Below are positions 1-10,802 of a stretch of DNA of 64,000 nucleotides, one piece after another. The DNA comes from a virus. Both the position numbers and the translations under genes were made by a program. The DNA lies in the IMG/VR virus record IMGVR_UViG_3300043398_000057; one strand, given 5' to 3'. The notes under the pieces are model-generated. The model was given only the letters and a program-made list of their open reading frames with translations, did not search any database and had not been told where the DNA came from. Position 1 is the first letter of the stretch; each line of letters begins with the position of its first letter.

Positions 1-1
1 T

Positions 2-2647
2 GGTAGATTCGGCTTTGAAACTAACACAACTGTTCAGTCAAATCAGACTAGAACCGGTGTGACAACATCTGTCACCGAACGTTTTGACAACAAGCTGATT
101 GGTGACAGAATTGTTTCGACAACTTCTGTGCCATTCATCCGTGCCCGTAGAATTTTGGTGCAAACCAAGGCTCTCAAGCCTAGCACAAAGTTCTTCCCAT
201 TCTTTGACAATGTTGATGTTTCTCCTTACATTGATTATCCAACTCGAATTGCTTACAGTACAACATCTCCATTGAATTTCGACGATTCGACGAACGTTGG
301 TGGCGACATTTTTGAAAACGCCCGTAAGATTTCTGGTGATACGACAAGTTCTCTGTCTCGCGGGGATGTTATCAGAAACTCGAACGGTGCAACCGCTGTT
401 GTGATTGGCACCTTCACCGAAAACAACATTCGATATTTGGATGTTATCAACGTCAAGGGTACTTTCTCAACTGGTAATGTGATCACGGGTAGCATTTCAA
501 ACGCCACTGGCACCATCATCACAACGCCAACTGTTCTGAACAATTTGATCAGTAACAAGTCGGGTGAGTTGAACTTCATTTTCCGTTTGCCATGTGATGA
601 TATCCAACGTTTCAACACTGGTACACGACAGTTCAAGTTGATTGATTCTTCTACAAACAATCAAACTTCTGGTAACTATACCTCTGTTGCGTTCGGGTCA
701 TATGAAGCAACTGGCGTTCTGAATACTCGTCAACAGACTATCGAATCGACTCGCAACGCCAACGTTGCAAGTCAGTATGTCAGTGAAACTAGAACCACGA
801 TTACCAATCAGACAACCTTTGTCGCACAAGATTTTTGGGTTGATCCTTTGGCACAATCTTTCTTTGTTGACAACTCTGGTGGCTGTTTCATCACATCGGT
901 TGACATTTATTTTGCTTCCAAGGATGCATCAATTCCTGTTTCTCTCGAAATTCGAGAAATGGTGAATGGCTACCCTGGCAAGAAAATTGTGCCATTCTCC
1001 AAGGTTGTTTTGAAGCCTTCTGATGTTAAGATTTCGGGTTCGACCGTTACTGTTGATGGGGCGAATGTTGCATCGTTCAACACTCCAACACGTTTCACGT
1101 TCAAGTCTCCCGTGTATCTGATGGAAAACACCGAATACTGCTTTGTGCTGTTGTCGGATTCCAACAAGTACAACGTGTGGATTTCGCATCTTGGCGACAA
1201 GATTCCCGGCACAACTCGTTACATTTCGGAACAACCTTACGCGGGTTCTATGTTCAAGTCGCAAAATGCTTCTACTTGGACTGCCGAACAAATGGAAGAC
1301 ATTAAGTTCACCATCAACCGCGCCAAGTTCAACACCAATGTAAACGCTGTTGTTGATTTTGTCAACGGTGAACTGCCTCAGGTGAACTTGACAACCGACC
1401 CAATTGCAACGACCAACGGTGTTTCAAAGGTTCGAGTCAACTTCCCCAACAACTGTTTGAGCGTTGGTGATAAGGTTAATCTGGTCAACACCGATGAAAC
1501 CATTACTTCTATCAATGGTATTCCATCTTCTGAAATTTTTGGTGAGCATATTGTTCTTAGCACTGATCCGGACAGCATTGTGATTGATGTTGCTACGAAT
1601 GCAACTGCTACAGGTTTCGGTGGTGGCGATAGCGTGTTTGTTGTTCCTAACATCACGTTTAACAACATTCATCCAAACATTCAGCACACAAAGTTGGTCG
1701 ATACATCAATTGATTTCCAAGCTGCATTCACTACAGGCAAGTCATATGATGGTACGGAAATTGCCTATAGCCAAACCGGTTACACAAATGTTCAAGTTGG
1801 CGATAACACGGAACTTCCGGTGACATATGGTGTTTACAGTAAGTTGAATGAAACGACTTATCTGGCAAGCAACAAGTCTTTGAAGGTTCGAGCATTTTTG
1901 AGTTCCAAGCGTGACAACCTTTCGCCGGTCATTGACGTACACCGCACCGATGTTACTTTGATTCGACATGAGTTGAATGCGCCAACATTTGAAAACTCGG
2001 TTGTCAGTGATATTGATCGTAGATTGATTATTTCTGATGCTACCGATATTTCATCGTCAACAACAGGTTTCTCAAGTTCTAACGCATCTCGTCAACAACT
2101 CAATACAATTGAAGTTGGTCAGTATATTCGTGTTGATTCAACCTCGAATTCTGGTGACTATCTGGTTACCGATGTTTCGATTGGTGATACTTCGACAACG
2201 ATTACTGTTAATACACCACTGACAGCATCAACAACGGGGCAACTTGTCAACGTTTCCGTGTATGACAGATTCTTTGAAGAAACCAATCCCAATAGTGGTT
2301 CGGCAAGGTCTAAGTACGTTACCAAGTCTATGGTGTTGAACAACTCTTCGGATTACCTGAGTGTTGCATTTGACGCGAATTTGGTTGCTGGTAGCGATGT
2401 GAGAGTTTTCTACAAGATTTCTCCTGTTGGTTCAACTCTGAATTTTGAAAACCAAAAGTGGGTTGAAATGACTTTGGAAAATCGTAAGCAGTTCGTATCG
2501 TTTGGTACCAAGTCTTTTACCGAACTTCGCTATCGCGCTGAAAACTTGCCAAACTATGACACTGTTGCTGTTAAGGTTGTTGAGTATTCTTCTAACCAAT
2601 CGGCAAAACCGATTATCCGTAGATTCAGAATGATTGCTGGTGTATGA
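2..2647 (+). CDS. Large virion structural protein (DUF4815/VrlC-like), 5'-truncated by window edge
   Basis: Frame open from base 2. Motifs DPLAQSF, FITSVDIYF, EIREMVNGYP, F.SPVYL..EY.FVL, GSMFKSQNASTWTA.Q.ED.KF are typical of cyanophage/T4-like DUF4815 proteins. Confidence 0.75.
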   Translation, partial: GRFGFETNTTVQSNQTRTGVTTSVTERFDNKLIGDRIVSTTSVPFIRARRILVQTKALKPSTKFFPFFDNVDVSPYIDYPTRIAYSTTSPLNFDDSTNVGGDIFENARKISGDTTSSLSRGDVIRNSNGATAVVIGTFTENNIRYLDVINVKGTFSTGNVITGSISNATGTIITTPTVLNNLISNKSGELNFIFRLPCDDIQRFNTGTRQFKLIDSSTNNQTSGNYTSVAFGSYEATGVLNTRQQTIESTRNANVASQYVSETRTTITNQTTFVAQDFWVDPLAQSFFVDNSGGCFITSVDIYFASKDASIPVSLEIREMVNGYPGKKIVPFSKVVLKPSDVKISGSTVTVDGANVASFNTPTRFTFKSPVYLMENTEYCFVLLSDSNKYNVWISHLGDKIPGTTRYISEQPYAGSMFKSQNASTWTAEQMEDIKFTINRAKFNTNVNAVVDFVNGELPQVNLTTDPIATTNGVSKVRVNFPNNCLSVGDKVNLVNTDETITSINGIPSSEIFGEHIVLSTDPDSIVIDVATNATATGFGGGDSVFVVPNITFNNIHPNIQHTKLVDTSIDFQAAFTTGKSYDGTEIAYSQTGYTNVQVGDNTELPVTYGVYSKLNETTYLASNKSLKVRAFLSSKRDNLSPVIDVHRTDVTLIRHELNAPTFENSVVSDIDRRLIISDATDISSSTTGFSSSNASRQQLNTIEVGQYIRVDSTSNSGDYLVTDVSIGDTSTTITVNTPLTASTTGQLVNVSVYDRFFEETNPNSGSARSKYVTKSMVLNNSSDYLSVAFDANLVAGSDVRVFYKISPVGSTLNFENQKWVEMTLENRKQFVSFGTKSFTELRYRAENLPNYDTVAVKVVEYSSNQSAKPIIRRFRMIAGV

Positions 2648-2847
2648 CAAATAAGGTAGGCATTGAAACAGATGCCTCCCTTGAGCGAGATATTCACTCA
2701 GGGGCGGTGCTAAATAAAGACACAGATGCATTGCAAAAACATATTGCTTCGCGTCAACGTATCAAAATTCTTGAACAAGATATTCAGGAACTCAAAACGG
2801 GTATGTCTCAAATTTTGATGTTGCTGCAAGAACTCAAAGGAAAATAA
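2644..2847 (+). CDS. Small coiled-coil virion-associated protein
   Basis: ATGA overlap with the upstream gene. The L.RD..SGA.LN.D motif is typical of the small gene following DUF4815 proteins. Confidence 0.6.
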   Translation: MTNKVGIETDASLERDIHSGAVLNKDTDALQKHIASRQRIKILEQDIQELKTGMSQILMLLQELKGK

Positions 2848-2850
2848 CCG

Positions 2851-4431
2851 ATGGCAATCATTACACTTCGCAATGAAAAGGGTTCGGCCCTTACCATTGC
2901 TGAAATGGACGCGAACTTTGTCAACTTGAACACCGACATTCAGACCCGTCTTCCAATCGAATCTTTCAGTGGCGAGGAAATTCTTTCTCGTTTGTTGAAT
3001 GTTGACGGTTCCGGTTCTGGTCTTGATGCTGACACGATTGATGGGTTCTCCACCTCGATTGTTTCAACAGGTTCAACCGTTGTTGTTCGAGATTCTACCG
3101 GCGCTATCAATGCTGGCGCGGGGTCGTTTACAACACTTTCTGGCACAACGTTGACGCTTGCGAACAATTTGATTGTTGGTGGACAAGCATCAATTGTTTC
3201 AAACCTGATTGTCAACGGAAACTTGACCGTCAACGGTACATCAACGTCTGTCAATACTTCGGTTGTCACAATTGAAGACCCGATCATTGAAATTGGTGGT
3301 GGTGAAGGTGGCTCGGCCCCTGCTACTAACGATGGTAAAGACCGTGGTATTGTTTTCCGTTATCATGATGGCAACACCGCAAAAACTGGCTTCTTTGGTT
3401 ATGATGCCCGCATGGCTAGGTTTGTGCATATTCCTGATGCTACTGTTACAGGTGAAGTTGCCACAGGCGTTTCTGTACCTTTGGTTTACCCCGAAGAAAC
3501 TATTCAAATCAACCGTCTTGGTGTTGGTATGTCTGCTAGTACCAACTACAGTATTAACGCAATTGGTGGTATTTCCGGTGCATCATAGAGTCTGAGTCAG
3601 TCGAACCCAACGGAAAAGTTGGAAGTCGGTTCCGGCTCTGTTAGAACTACTGGCGACAACCATGGTCTGAAAATTTCAAACGCTGCTGGGAACGGTGGTG
3701 GTAACATTATCGCGTTGAATGGTGCGAATAGTGGTTTGTCGATTTCATCGGGTAATGGCCCGATTAACGTTTCACATTCACTTTATCTCAAGTCTCAGTC
3801 AAACACCAATCAGTCATACATTCACATTGTCAATACTGCAACCGGTACAAACTTGACAGATGGGTTGATGATTGGTAATGATTCAAGTGGCAAGACTTTT
3901 ATCCGCAACTTGGAAAATGCCGGTGTTAGCATTCTGACGAATAACACAGAAGCTGTTGCAGTTGATCAAAACCAAAATGTTGGTATTGGTATCACACCGA
4001 CACGAAAACTTCATGTCAACGGTATTATCAAATCTGAAGTTGGTGGTATCGAGTTTCCTGATGGGTCGGTTCAAACAACTTCTGCGTCAGGTGTGCAACC
4101 AAACTTTGAACTACAGCACGCTCAAATCGCATCAACGACATTTACAACAAGTGTGATTGGTCAACAAGTTATTGACACAATTTCGGCAGTCAATTTCACA
4201 ACGATCAACTACACTGTCCAAATTTTTGCCAATGGTTCATATCATAGCACGAACTTGACCGTTGTTCATGATGGTGTGAATGCATATATGTCCGAGTATG
4301 GTGCGATCACAACGGTTTCTACGTTGGGCACATTCACAGTAGATATCAGCGGTGGATTGGTCAGATTGTTGTTCGATCCTATTTTTGCAAATAGCACAAT
4401 CAAGGCTGTTCGCACTTCGATTAAGGCATAA
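2851..4431 (+). CDS. Tail fibre-like protein, read through TAG at 3586-3588
   Basis: ORFs 2851-3588 and 3619-4431 are in frame and separated only by TAG (GAS*SLSQSNPTEKLEV). N-terminal LR..KGS.LT..EMD.NF, GSGSGLDAD, VGIG..P..KLHV.G and I.FPDGS.QT motifs. Confidence 0.75.
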
Positions 4432-4433
4432 TT

Positions 4434-5732
4434 ATGGCGACAACGAATGTTAATTTTCAGGTCAAGAATGGCCTTGAGGTTCCAACTGCAAACGACATTT
4501 ACGTTTTCGGGAAGACCCCCGCATTGGTAAGTCCGTTCGCTACATTCGATTTCTCCCGTTCAAAGGTTCTTGACCCTAGAATTACACTGACTAGAAATAG
4601 TGTCGCAACCGGATACAACGAATTTGGTAAGCTGATCACTTATGCAAATGATACACCAGTTTTCGAATGTGATTCCTTTACGGGCGAAAGTCTCGGGCTT
4701 TTGATTGAAGACTCCGCGATCAATTACGCTTTGTATTCTGAGCAAGCTGATAATGCAGTTTGGACAAAAACAGAAACTACAGTTTCCGCGACTACTTCTG
4801 TAGCTCCCGATGGAACATTGACTGCCGATAACTTCATCCCAAGCACAAATTCAACTGCGCACTCGATTGAACAAATTGTTACATCAACAACTAGTGCAGT
4901 GACTATTTCTGTTTTCGTTAAAGTCAACTCACTGGTTAACAAGGTTTCGATTTCACCGGGTGGCGCAAACAGACTTGCACATTTTGATTTCACCAATTTG
5001 ACTGTTGCAACTGAATCTGCGGTTCGTTCAGCAAAGATCAAAAAATTGAGAAACGGTTGGTACCGAATTTCAGCCAGTTATGCCGCTAGCGCAACCGCGT
5101 ATGACCGTTTCCGTTTCTTCGCTTCCAGTGGTTCACTAGGAAACTCTGCAACGGCTTCGAATGGTACCAATGGTATCTTGGTATGGGGCTTTCAGTTTGA
5201 ACGCAATACGCTGGCTACATCTTACATCCAAACGGTTGCGTCAACTGCGACTCGCGCAGCAACCCAAGTTTCTATCACCGGCACAACTTTTACAGATTTG
5301 TTCAAGGCTGTTGATGAAGGAACGCTCGAAGTGTTTTACAGGGTGTCCGAAGACGTTGACGGTTCGAGAGTTTTTGTGAGTCTGAATAATGGTACAGCAA
5401 ATAATGCATTGAGCATTTTGTCAAGTGCCGAAAACCAAGTTTCATCGTCTGTTGTCAGTGGTGGTACAACAGTTGCCTCTCTTACTGCTACCGACAACGC
5501 TATTGGCGAAACGTCAAACGTTGTTGCAGCGTACAACACAAACTTTTTCACCTTGAGTGCTAACGGTGGCAATGTTGTTACTGACGTTACTGGTACTGTT
5601 CCATCATTCAACAGAATTGATATTGGTAGTTTGTCGTTTCAGTCTCAAACATATTGCAACACGACAATTCGTAGAATTTGTTTTTATCCAATTGCTTTGA
5701 CAATTGACGAGACTAAGATTCTCTCAGTCTAA
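4434..5732 (+). CDS. Fibre/spike protein with LamG/ConA-like domain
   Basis: Motifs LDPRIT.TR.S.AT, GLLIE, NGWYR.S, WG.Q.E....ATSYI.T.....TRAA. Confidence 0.65.
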   Translation: MATTNVNFQVKNGLEVPTANDIYVFGKTPALVSPFATFDFSRSKVLDPRITLTRNSVATGYNEFGKLITYANDTPVFECDSFTGESLGLLIEDSAINYALYSEQADNAVWTKTETTVSATTSVAPDGTLTADNFIPSTNSTAHSIEQIVTSTTSAVTISVFVKVNSLVNKVSISPGGANRLAHFDFTNLTVATESAVRSAKIKKLRNGWYRISASYAASATAYDRFRFFASSGSLGNSATASNGTNGILVWGFQFERNTLATSYIQTVASTATRAATQVSITGTTFTDLFKAVDEGTLEVFYRVSEDVDGSRVFVSLNNGTANNALSILSSAENQVSSSVVSGGTTVASLTATDNAIGETSNVVAAYNTNFFTLSANGGNVVTDVTGTVPSFNRIDIGSLSFQSQTYCNTTIRRICFYPIALTIDETKILSV

Positions 5733-5771
5733 ATATAGTTTTAACGACCTTTTGGGGATAGGGAACCAATA

Positions 5772-8093
5772 ATGGCGTCACAAAGTTTGTTTGGTAAGGG
5801 TCCAAACCAAATTCCAAGAAATTCTGATCTTGGAAATATCGCGTTTCAAAACTCTGATTTCTTGAGAGTTACAAAACTTTCTTCTGATTTTTCACTGGCT
5901 GTTGGTAAAACTGTCGCGTCACATGCTGTTGATGTTGTTGGTGATGTGAATAGTACGGGCGTTCTAAGAATTAACGGTTCACAAATTCTTTCGAGTACAT
6001 CACTTGCAGAAAGTGTTGTCAATTCTTCTTTGACAAGTGTTGGTAACATCACTACCGGTACATGGTCGGCATCAATTGGTGCGGTTTCTGGTGCAAACCT
6101 CACAAACCTTACCGCTGGCAATCTTACCGGCACGATTACACCATCAGTTCTTGGTAATTCAACATTGTTTGTTGGAACCACACCAATTTCGCTTAACAGG
6201 TCGTCGTCAAATCTGACGCTCGCCGGTATCACATCGATTCAATAGCCCGGTTCTACATCGGGTACTGTAACGTTGGTTCCTAACGCTGTTGCTGGTACAA
6301 CTACACTGACTCTTCCCGCAAATTCTGGAAATATTGCTCGACTTGAAAACAACCTTGGTAGCTTTGCTCAAACAACATCGGCTCAGTTGTCAAACATTAT
6401 CAGTGATAAAACTGGTTCAGGTTTGTTGGTTTTCGCAAATTCTCCATCACTTCAAACCCCATCAGTTTCAACGTCAATCAAATCAAATTCTTCAACTTTT
6501 AGCATTTTTCCGGATACAGTTACATCTTTGTCTATTGGAGGAACTGAAACAACATCACTGAGTATCGCTGATGGTGTAGTCAACTCACAAGTCGTCAGAA
6601 TCTTTTCTGGTGATGTTCCTTCTACAGTTACAAGAAATTTTTTTATTGGTACTGGCGCGGAGTTGGGGTCTACAACCAATGTTACCGTAGGGAGTTCGGC
6701 AAATGGTCTGACAACCTTTTCATTCTCAAATACATTGCTGAAAAATATCTCTAGTGGTAGTTTTACATCAGCAAGTGGCAGTTTTAGTGGCGCGGTTACC
6801 GCTTCTCAATTTGTTTCAACTGTCGAAAACGGTACATCACCATTTGTTGTTAATTCTTCAACAAAAGTCGAAAACTAGAATGTTCATTCAACCGAAACAA
6901 CTTAGCAGTTTTCGATCCCGATACAGATTGATGTATCGGGAGATGTTACTAACACACAGATTCGAACTTTCGATGGTACAGCAAACGTTTCTATTCCAAC
7001 TCAAATTTTGACTGATATCACACCAACAAGTGTTTCTACAACGTCGCAGGGCGCCTTGAGTGGTTTCCGAAACCGTGTTATAAACGGTTGTATGAGAATT
7101 AGTAATAGATCGAATCAATCTTATATTAACACAACAGATGGTTCGATTCGTAAAACATTTTCAGCAATCGATAGATGGTATATGCGTGGTAGTGGTGGTT
7201 CCGGGGATGCTTTTAACGTATCGCAAGGTTTGAATTCTATTGTTTTCAACAATATCGTATATCCAGCCTGCCGACAAACCGTTACATCAGCGGCAAATCC
7301 AACAACTTTGTCAGGTTTTTTCTTTTACAGTGGAATTTCTCAACTTATCGAGTCAAGTAATGTCTATGATATGTTTAACGGTTCATCGAAAACTTCATTG
7401 TCTTTTATTTTTCTCACAAATGTTACGGGGACATACCCAGCGGTTCTAACGACTATCAGTTCAAATGGTAATGAGGCTAATACTTATTCGTTCACCTTTT
7501 CTGCAACTGCAAATACACCAATCAAAGTATCATATCTTATCCCATCTGTCACTCTTACAAATAATTCTCCTACGACTTCTAGCGGTTTGCGGTTATCTAT
7601 AGGCTCTATAGCATCAACGAATTATCAAACACCTTCGGCAAACGGGAGTATTTGGTCTGGTATTACCGGTGAAGCCCCTCCCAATGTTACTAATTGGTAG
7701 ACAACTTCTGGAAACTATATTTCTGTGGCACAAGTTCAATTTGAGCTTGGTCATGCAACATCTTTTGAACACAGACCTATTCAAATCGAACAAATGTTGT
7801 GCCATAGGTATTTTTGGAAAATTCGTAGAACTATTCAAACTCGCGTTTACAATCCAAGTACAGCAAGTCAAACAAATTACATTCATGTACAATTGCCGAC
7901 TCAAATGAGAATTGTTCCTACTGTGACATTTTCAACAAACACACAAACTGCCGGGACTACAGTGGCGTCAACAAATGTTAGTATTGATGGTTTTGAGATT
8001 TCACAAACTTCAACCGCTGTTGGTGACTATAGTGTAAGCATTGCGGGTCCAACTGGAACCAGTGTAAATCTATCCGCTAGCGCAGAACTATAA
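5772..8093 (+). CDS. Tail fibre protein A (774 codons) with 4 in-frame TAG (6243, 6876, 6903, 7698)
   Basis: Four ORF pieces form one frame ending in TAA and are colinear with paralog 8132-10426. GFRNR.ING and VQ.E.G..AT.FE.RP...E..LC.RY receptor-binding module. Confidence 0.8.
6225..6316 (+). repeat. 92-bp exact direct repeat, copy 1
   Basis: ggtatcacatcgattcaatagcccggttctac...actcttcc is identical to 8585-8676. Confidence 0.9.
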
Positions 8094-8131
8094 GTAAGTA
8101 AATTTATCAACCGTTTGTGTAGGAACCAATA

Positions 8132-10426
8132 ATGGGTACAAAAAGACTGATTGGCATTCTGCCCGATCAAATTCCAAGAAATTCTGATTTGGGGACACTT
8201 GCTTTCCAAAGTTCGGAATATGTCCGTGTTACCAGACTCGCATCAGATTCTTTTGTTGCTGTTGGTAAGGCTATCGCTTCACACCCATTGGATGTTGTTG
8301 GTGATCTAAACAACACTGGTTCATATCGAATCGGTGGAAACGTTATTCTGTCCACAACTACATTGGGTAACAGTGTAGTCAATTCATCGCTTACAAGTGT
8401 TGGAACAATCACAAGTGGTACATGGTCAGGTTTGTTCGGAAACATTTCTGGTGCAAATCTGACGAACCTTACTGCCGGAAACTTGACCGGTACAATTCCT
8501 TCTGTTGTTCTCGGCAATTCCTCACTTTATGTTGGTACAACTCAGGTTGCGTTGAATAGACCTTCAGGCAATCTCGCACTTTCTGGTATCACATCGATTC
8601 AATAGCCCGGTTCTACATCGGGTACTGTAACGTTGGTTCCTAACGCTGTTGCTGGTACAACTACACTGACTCTTCCAACATCGAGTGGCACCATTGCACT
8701 GTTGGCAAACAACCTTGGTAGCTTTGCTCCAACAACATCGGAGGAATTGCTAAGTGTTATCAGTGATGAAAGTGGTTCCGGCCAATTGGTGTTTTCAAAC
8801 TCGCCAACATTGACAACCCCAACAATTTCAACGTCGATCAAATCAAATTCTTCAACGTTCTCTATTGTGCCGGAAACCGTGACAACATTGAATGTCGGTG
8901 GTTCCGATTTGACCGACTTAACTATTGGTGCAAACACAACTACATCTCAAACTGTAAACATTGCAACAGGCGCGACAACAACTGGAAACACCAAGTCAAT
9001 TTTTATTGGTACCGGTGGTCTGAGTGGTTCAACCACTAATGTTACTATTGGTAGTAACACAGGCGCAGGAACTTTGCAAATTAACAGTCCATCAGTATCT
9101 TTCTCTGGCAATATGAATGTTGATGGTAGTGTTACTGGCAACACAGCAACATTTGTTTCGTCCGCAACTTCGAGGACATTTAATTCAACAGTCGCTACTG
9201 GTACTGCGCCATTTGTCGTGAACTCGACAACCCGTGTCGCGAATTTGAATGTTGCTGCTGCTGATGTTGCTGACAGGCTTACAACTCCTAGAACTATCAG
9301 TCTCAGCGGCGCTGTGACGGGCAGCGTGTCATTTAATGGTAGCTCAAATGTTAATATCGTAACATCGGTTACAGGCTCAATTACGCCATCTAGTATTGTT
9401 ACCACACAGCAGGGTGCGCTGAGTGGTTTCAGAAATCGAATTACTAACGGTGACGCAGTTTCATCTATTGTATATCCAACATCCACTATTACCGCTGGCA
9501 ATTCGGGGTTTTCCGGTCCCGCGAGATGGAAAATTGTACTGAACAATATAACCGGGCTGGCAATTACACAAACTTCTATTATCAACACCAACGCTACAAC
9601 AACACCTGTTGGCGGCATTAAACAAGCCGTAAGTTCTGCTGGTCCAGCCTCAATTGGCGCAACTCAATACTACCCTGGTATTCATCAAGTTATTGAGAGT
9701 GTAAACTGTGTTGATCTTTCTCAAAAAACTATTACAGTTTCTTTCTATTTTAGGTCTTCTGTGTCTGGAACATATGCGCTTGCTATTGGACAACATTCGG
9801 ATGCATCAAACGCTAACCCATCGTTTAGTTATGTGACAACTTTTACTATAGCTGTTGGTCAGGGCACTACGTTCCCTACCAGAATTGTTAAAACTATCCC
9901 CGCTGGTGGTATTACTCAAATTGCTTCGGCTAATGGTAATAAGGGAATTTCAATTTACATTGGTGCTATTGCAGGTTCAAATTTTGTTGCTGCTGCTGAT
10001 ACATGGACAAATACTTTTGCTGTTTCTACTGCGAATGCAACAAATTGGGCGGCAACCGCAAGTGCGGTAATTGAAGCATATAACATTCAATTGGAAGAAG
10101 GGCCAGTCGCAACACCATTTGAAAAAAGAACAGTCAGTGCTGAAAACCTACTGGTTAACAGGTATGTAGTTATTACAACTCGTCCCGTGTCATTTCTTGG
10201 ATACAGCCCAAATGCGAATGGTATCGCATACATGAATTATCATTTCCCCACGCCTATGAGAATTGCTCCAACACCAACATCAAATTTTACGGTTAGTGCA
10301 AATACTACGGGGTCATTTCTTGATGTTGGTGTTGATGGTATGACACTATCCGCTGTGAGGACTGATGCGGCAGCATCAATCTCGGCAACATACAACACAG
10401 GCAACATCATTTCAGCGGAGTTCTAA
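8132..10426 (+). CDS. Tail fibre protein B (765 codons) with in-frame TAG at 8603-8605
   Basis: ORFs 8132-8605 and 8633-10426 are in frame. Paralog of 5772-8093. Confidence 0.8.
8585..8676 (+). repeat. 92-bp exact direct repeat, copy 2
   Basis: Identical to 6225-6316, including the in-frame TAG. Confidence 0.9.
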
Positions 10427-10471
10427 GTAATTCAAAACTATAAGTCAGGGACAAAAAGTAAGGAAGGATTT

Positions 10472-10497
10472 GAGAGGGCTTCGGCCCTCTTTTCTTT
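10472..10497 (+). terminator. Rho-independent terminator
   Basis: gagagggc-ttcg-gccctct followed by tttcttt. Confidence 0.8.
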
Positions 10498-10529
10498 GGT
10501 AAGTAGGAAATCGCATATTGAGGTAAAAC

Positions 10530-10802
10530 ATGTCACCCGCAAGAAACAGACTTTAGGAAATCATCACTGACAGTAAAGACAAAAGATTGTCGCTGACCAA
10601 AATTGGTTCGTTCATGTCTTACATCATCATGAGTGTTGGTTTCGTTTACATCACCATGAAAATTGGTTTTGTTGCTGAAATGTGGATGATCTATGCCGCT
10701 GTTATGTCGGGTCATCAAACACTCAATAAGTTCTTGTCCCTGAAGTATGGCGCAGACAAGAATACCTCTAACGAAAGTTCAAACGATGGCACTCCCAAGT
10801 GA
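10530..10802 (+). CDS. Small two-TM membrane protein, holin-like, TAG at codon 9 (10554-10556)
   Basis: GAGG RBS, then MSPARNRL*EIITDSKDKRLSLTK followed by two hydrophobic segments. Confidence 0.55.

Noticed and set aside
5772-10426. Diversity-generating retroelement acting on the fibres
   Set aside because: No reverse transcriptase in the window; the repeat is exact and N-proximal, with no adenine-specific mismatches.
5729-10506. T4-type late promoters (TAAATA at 5730; TAAGTA at 8091, 10424, 10500)
   Set aside because: Plausible positions, but none matches the full TATAAATA and such hexamers are frequent in AT-rich DNA; not supportable without TSS data.
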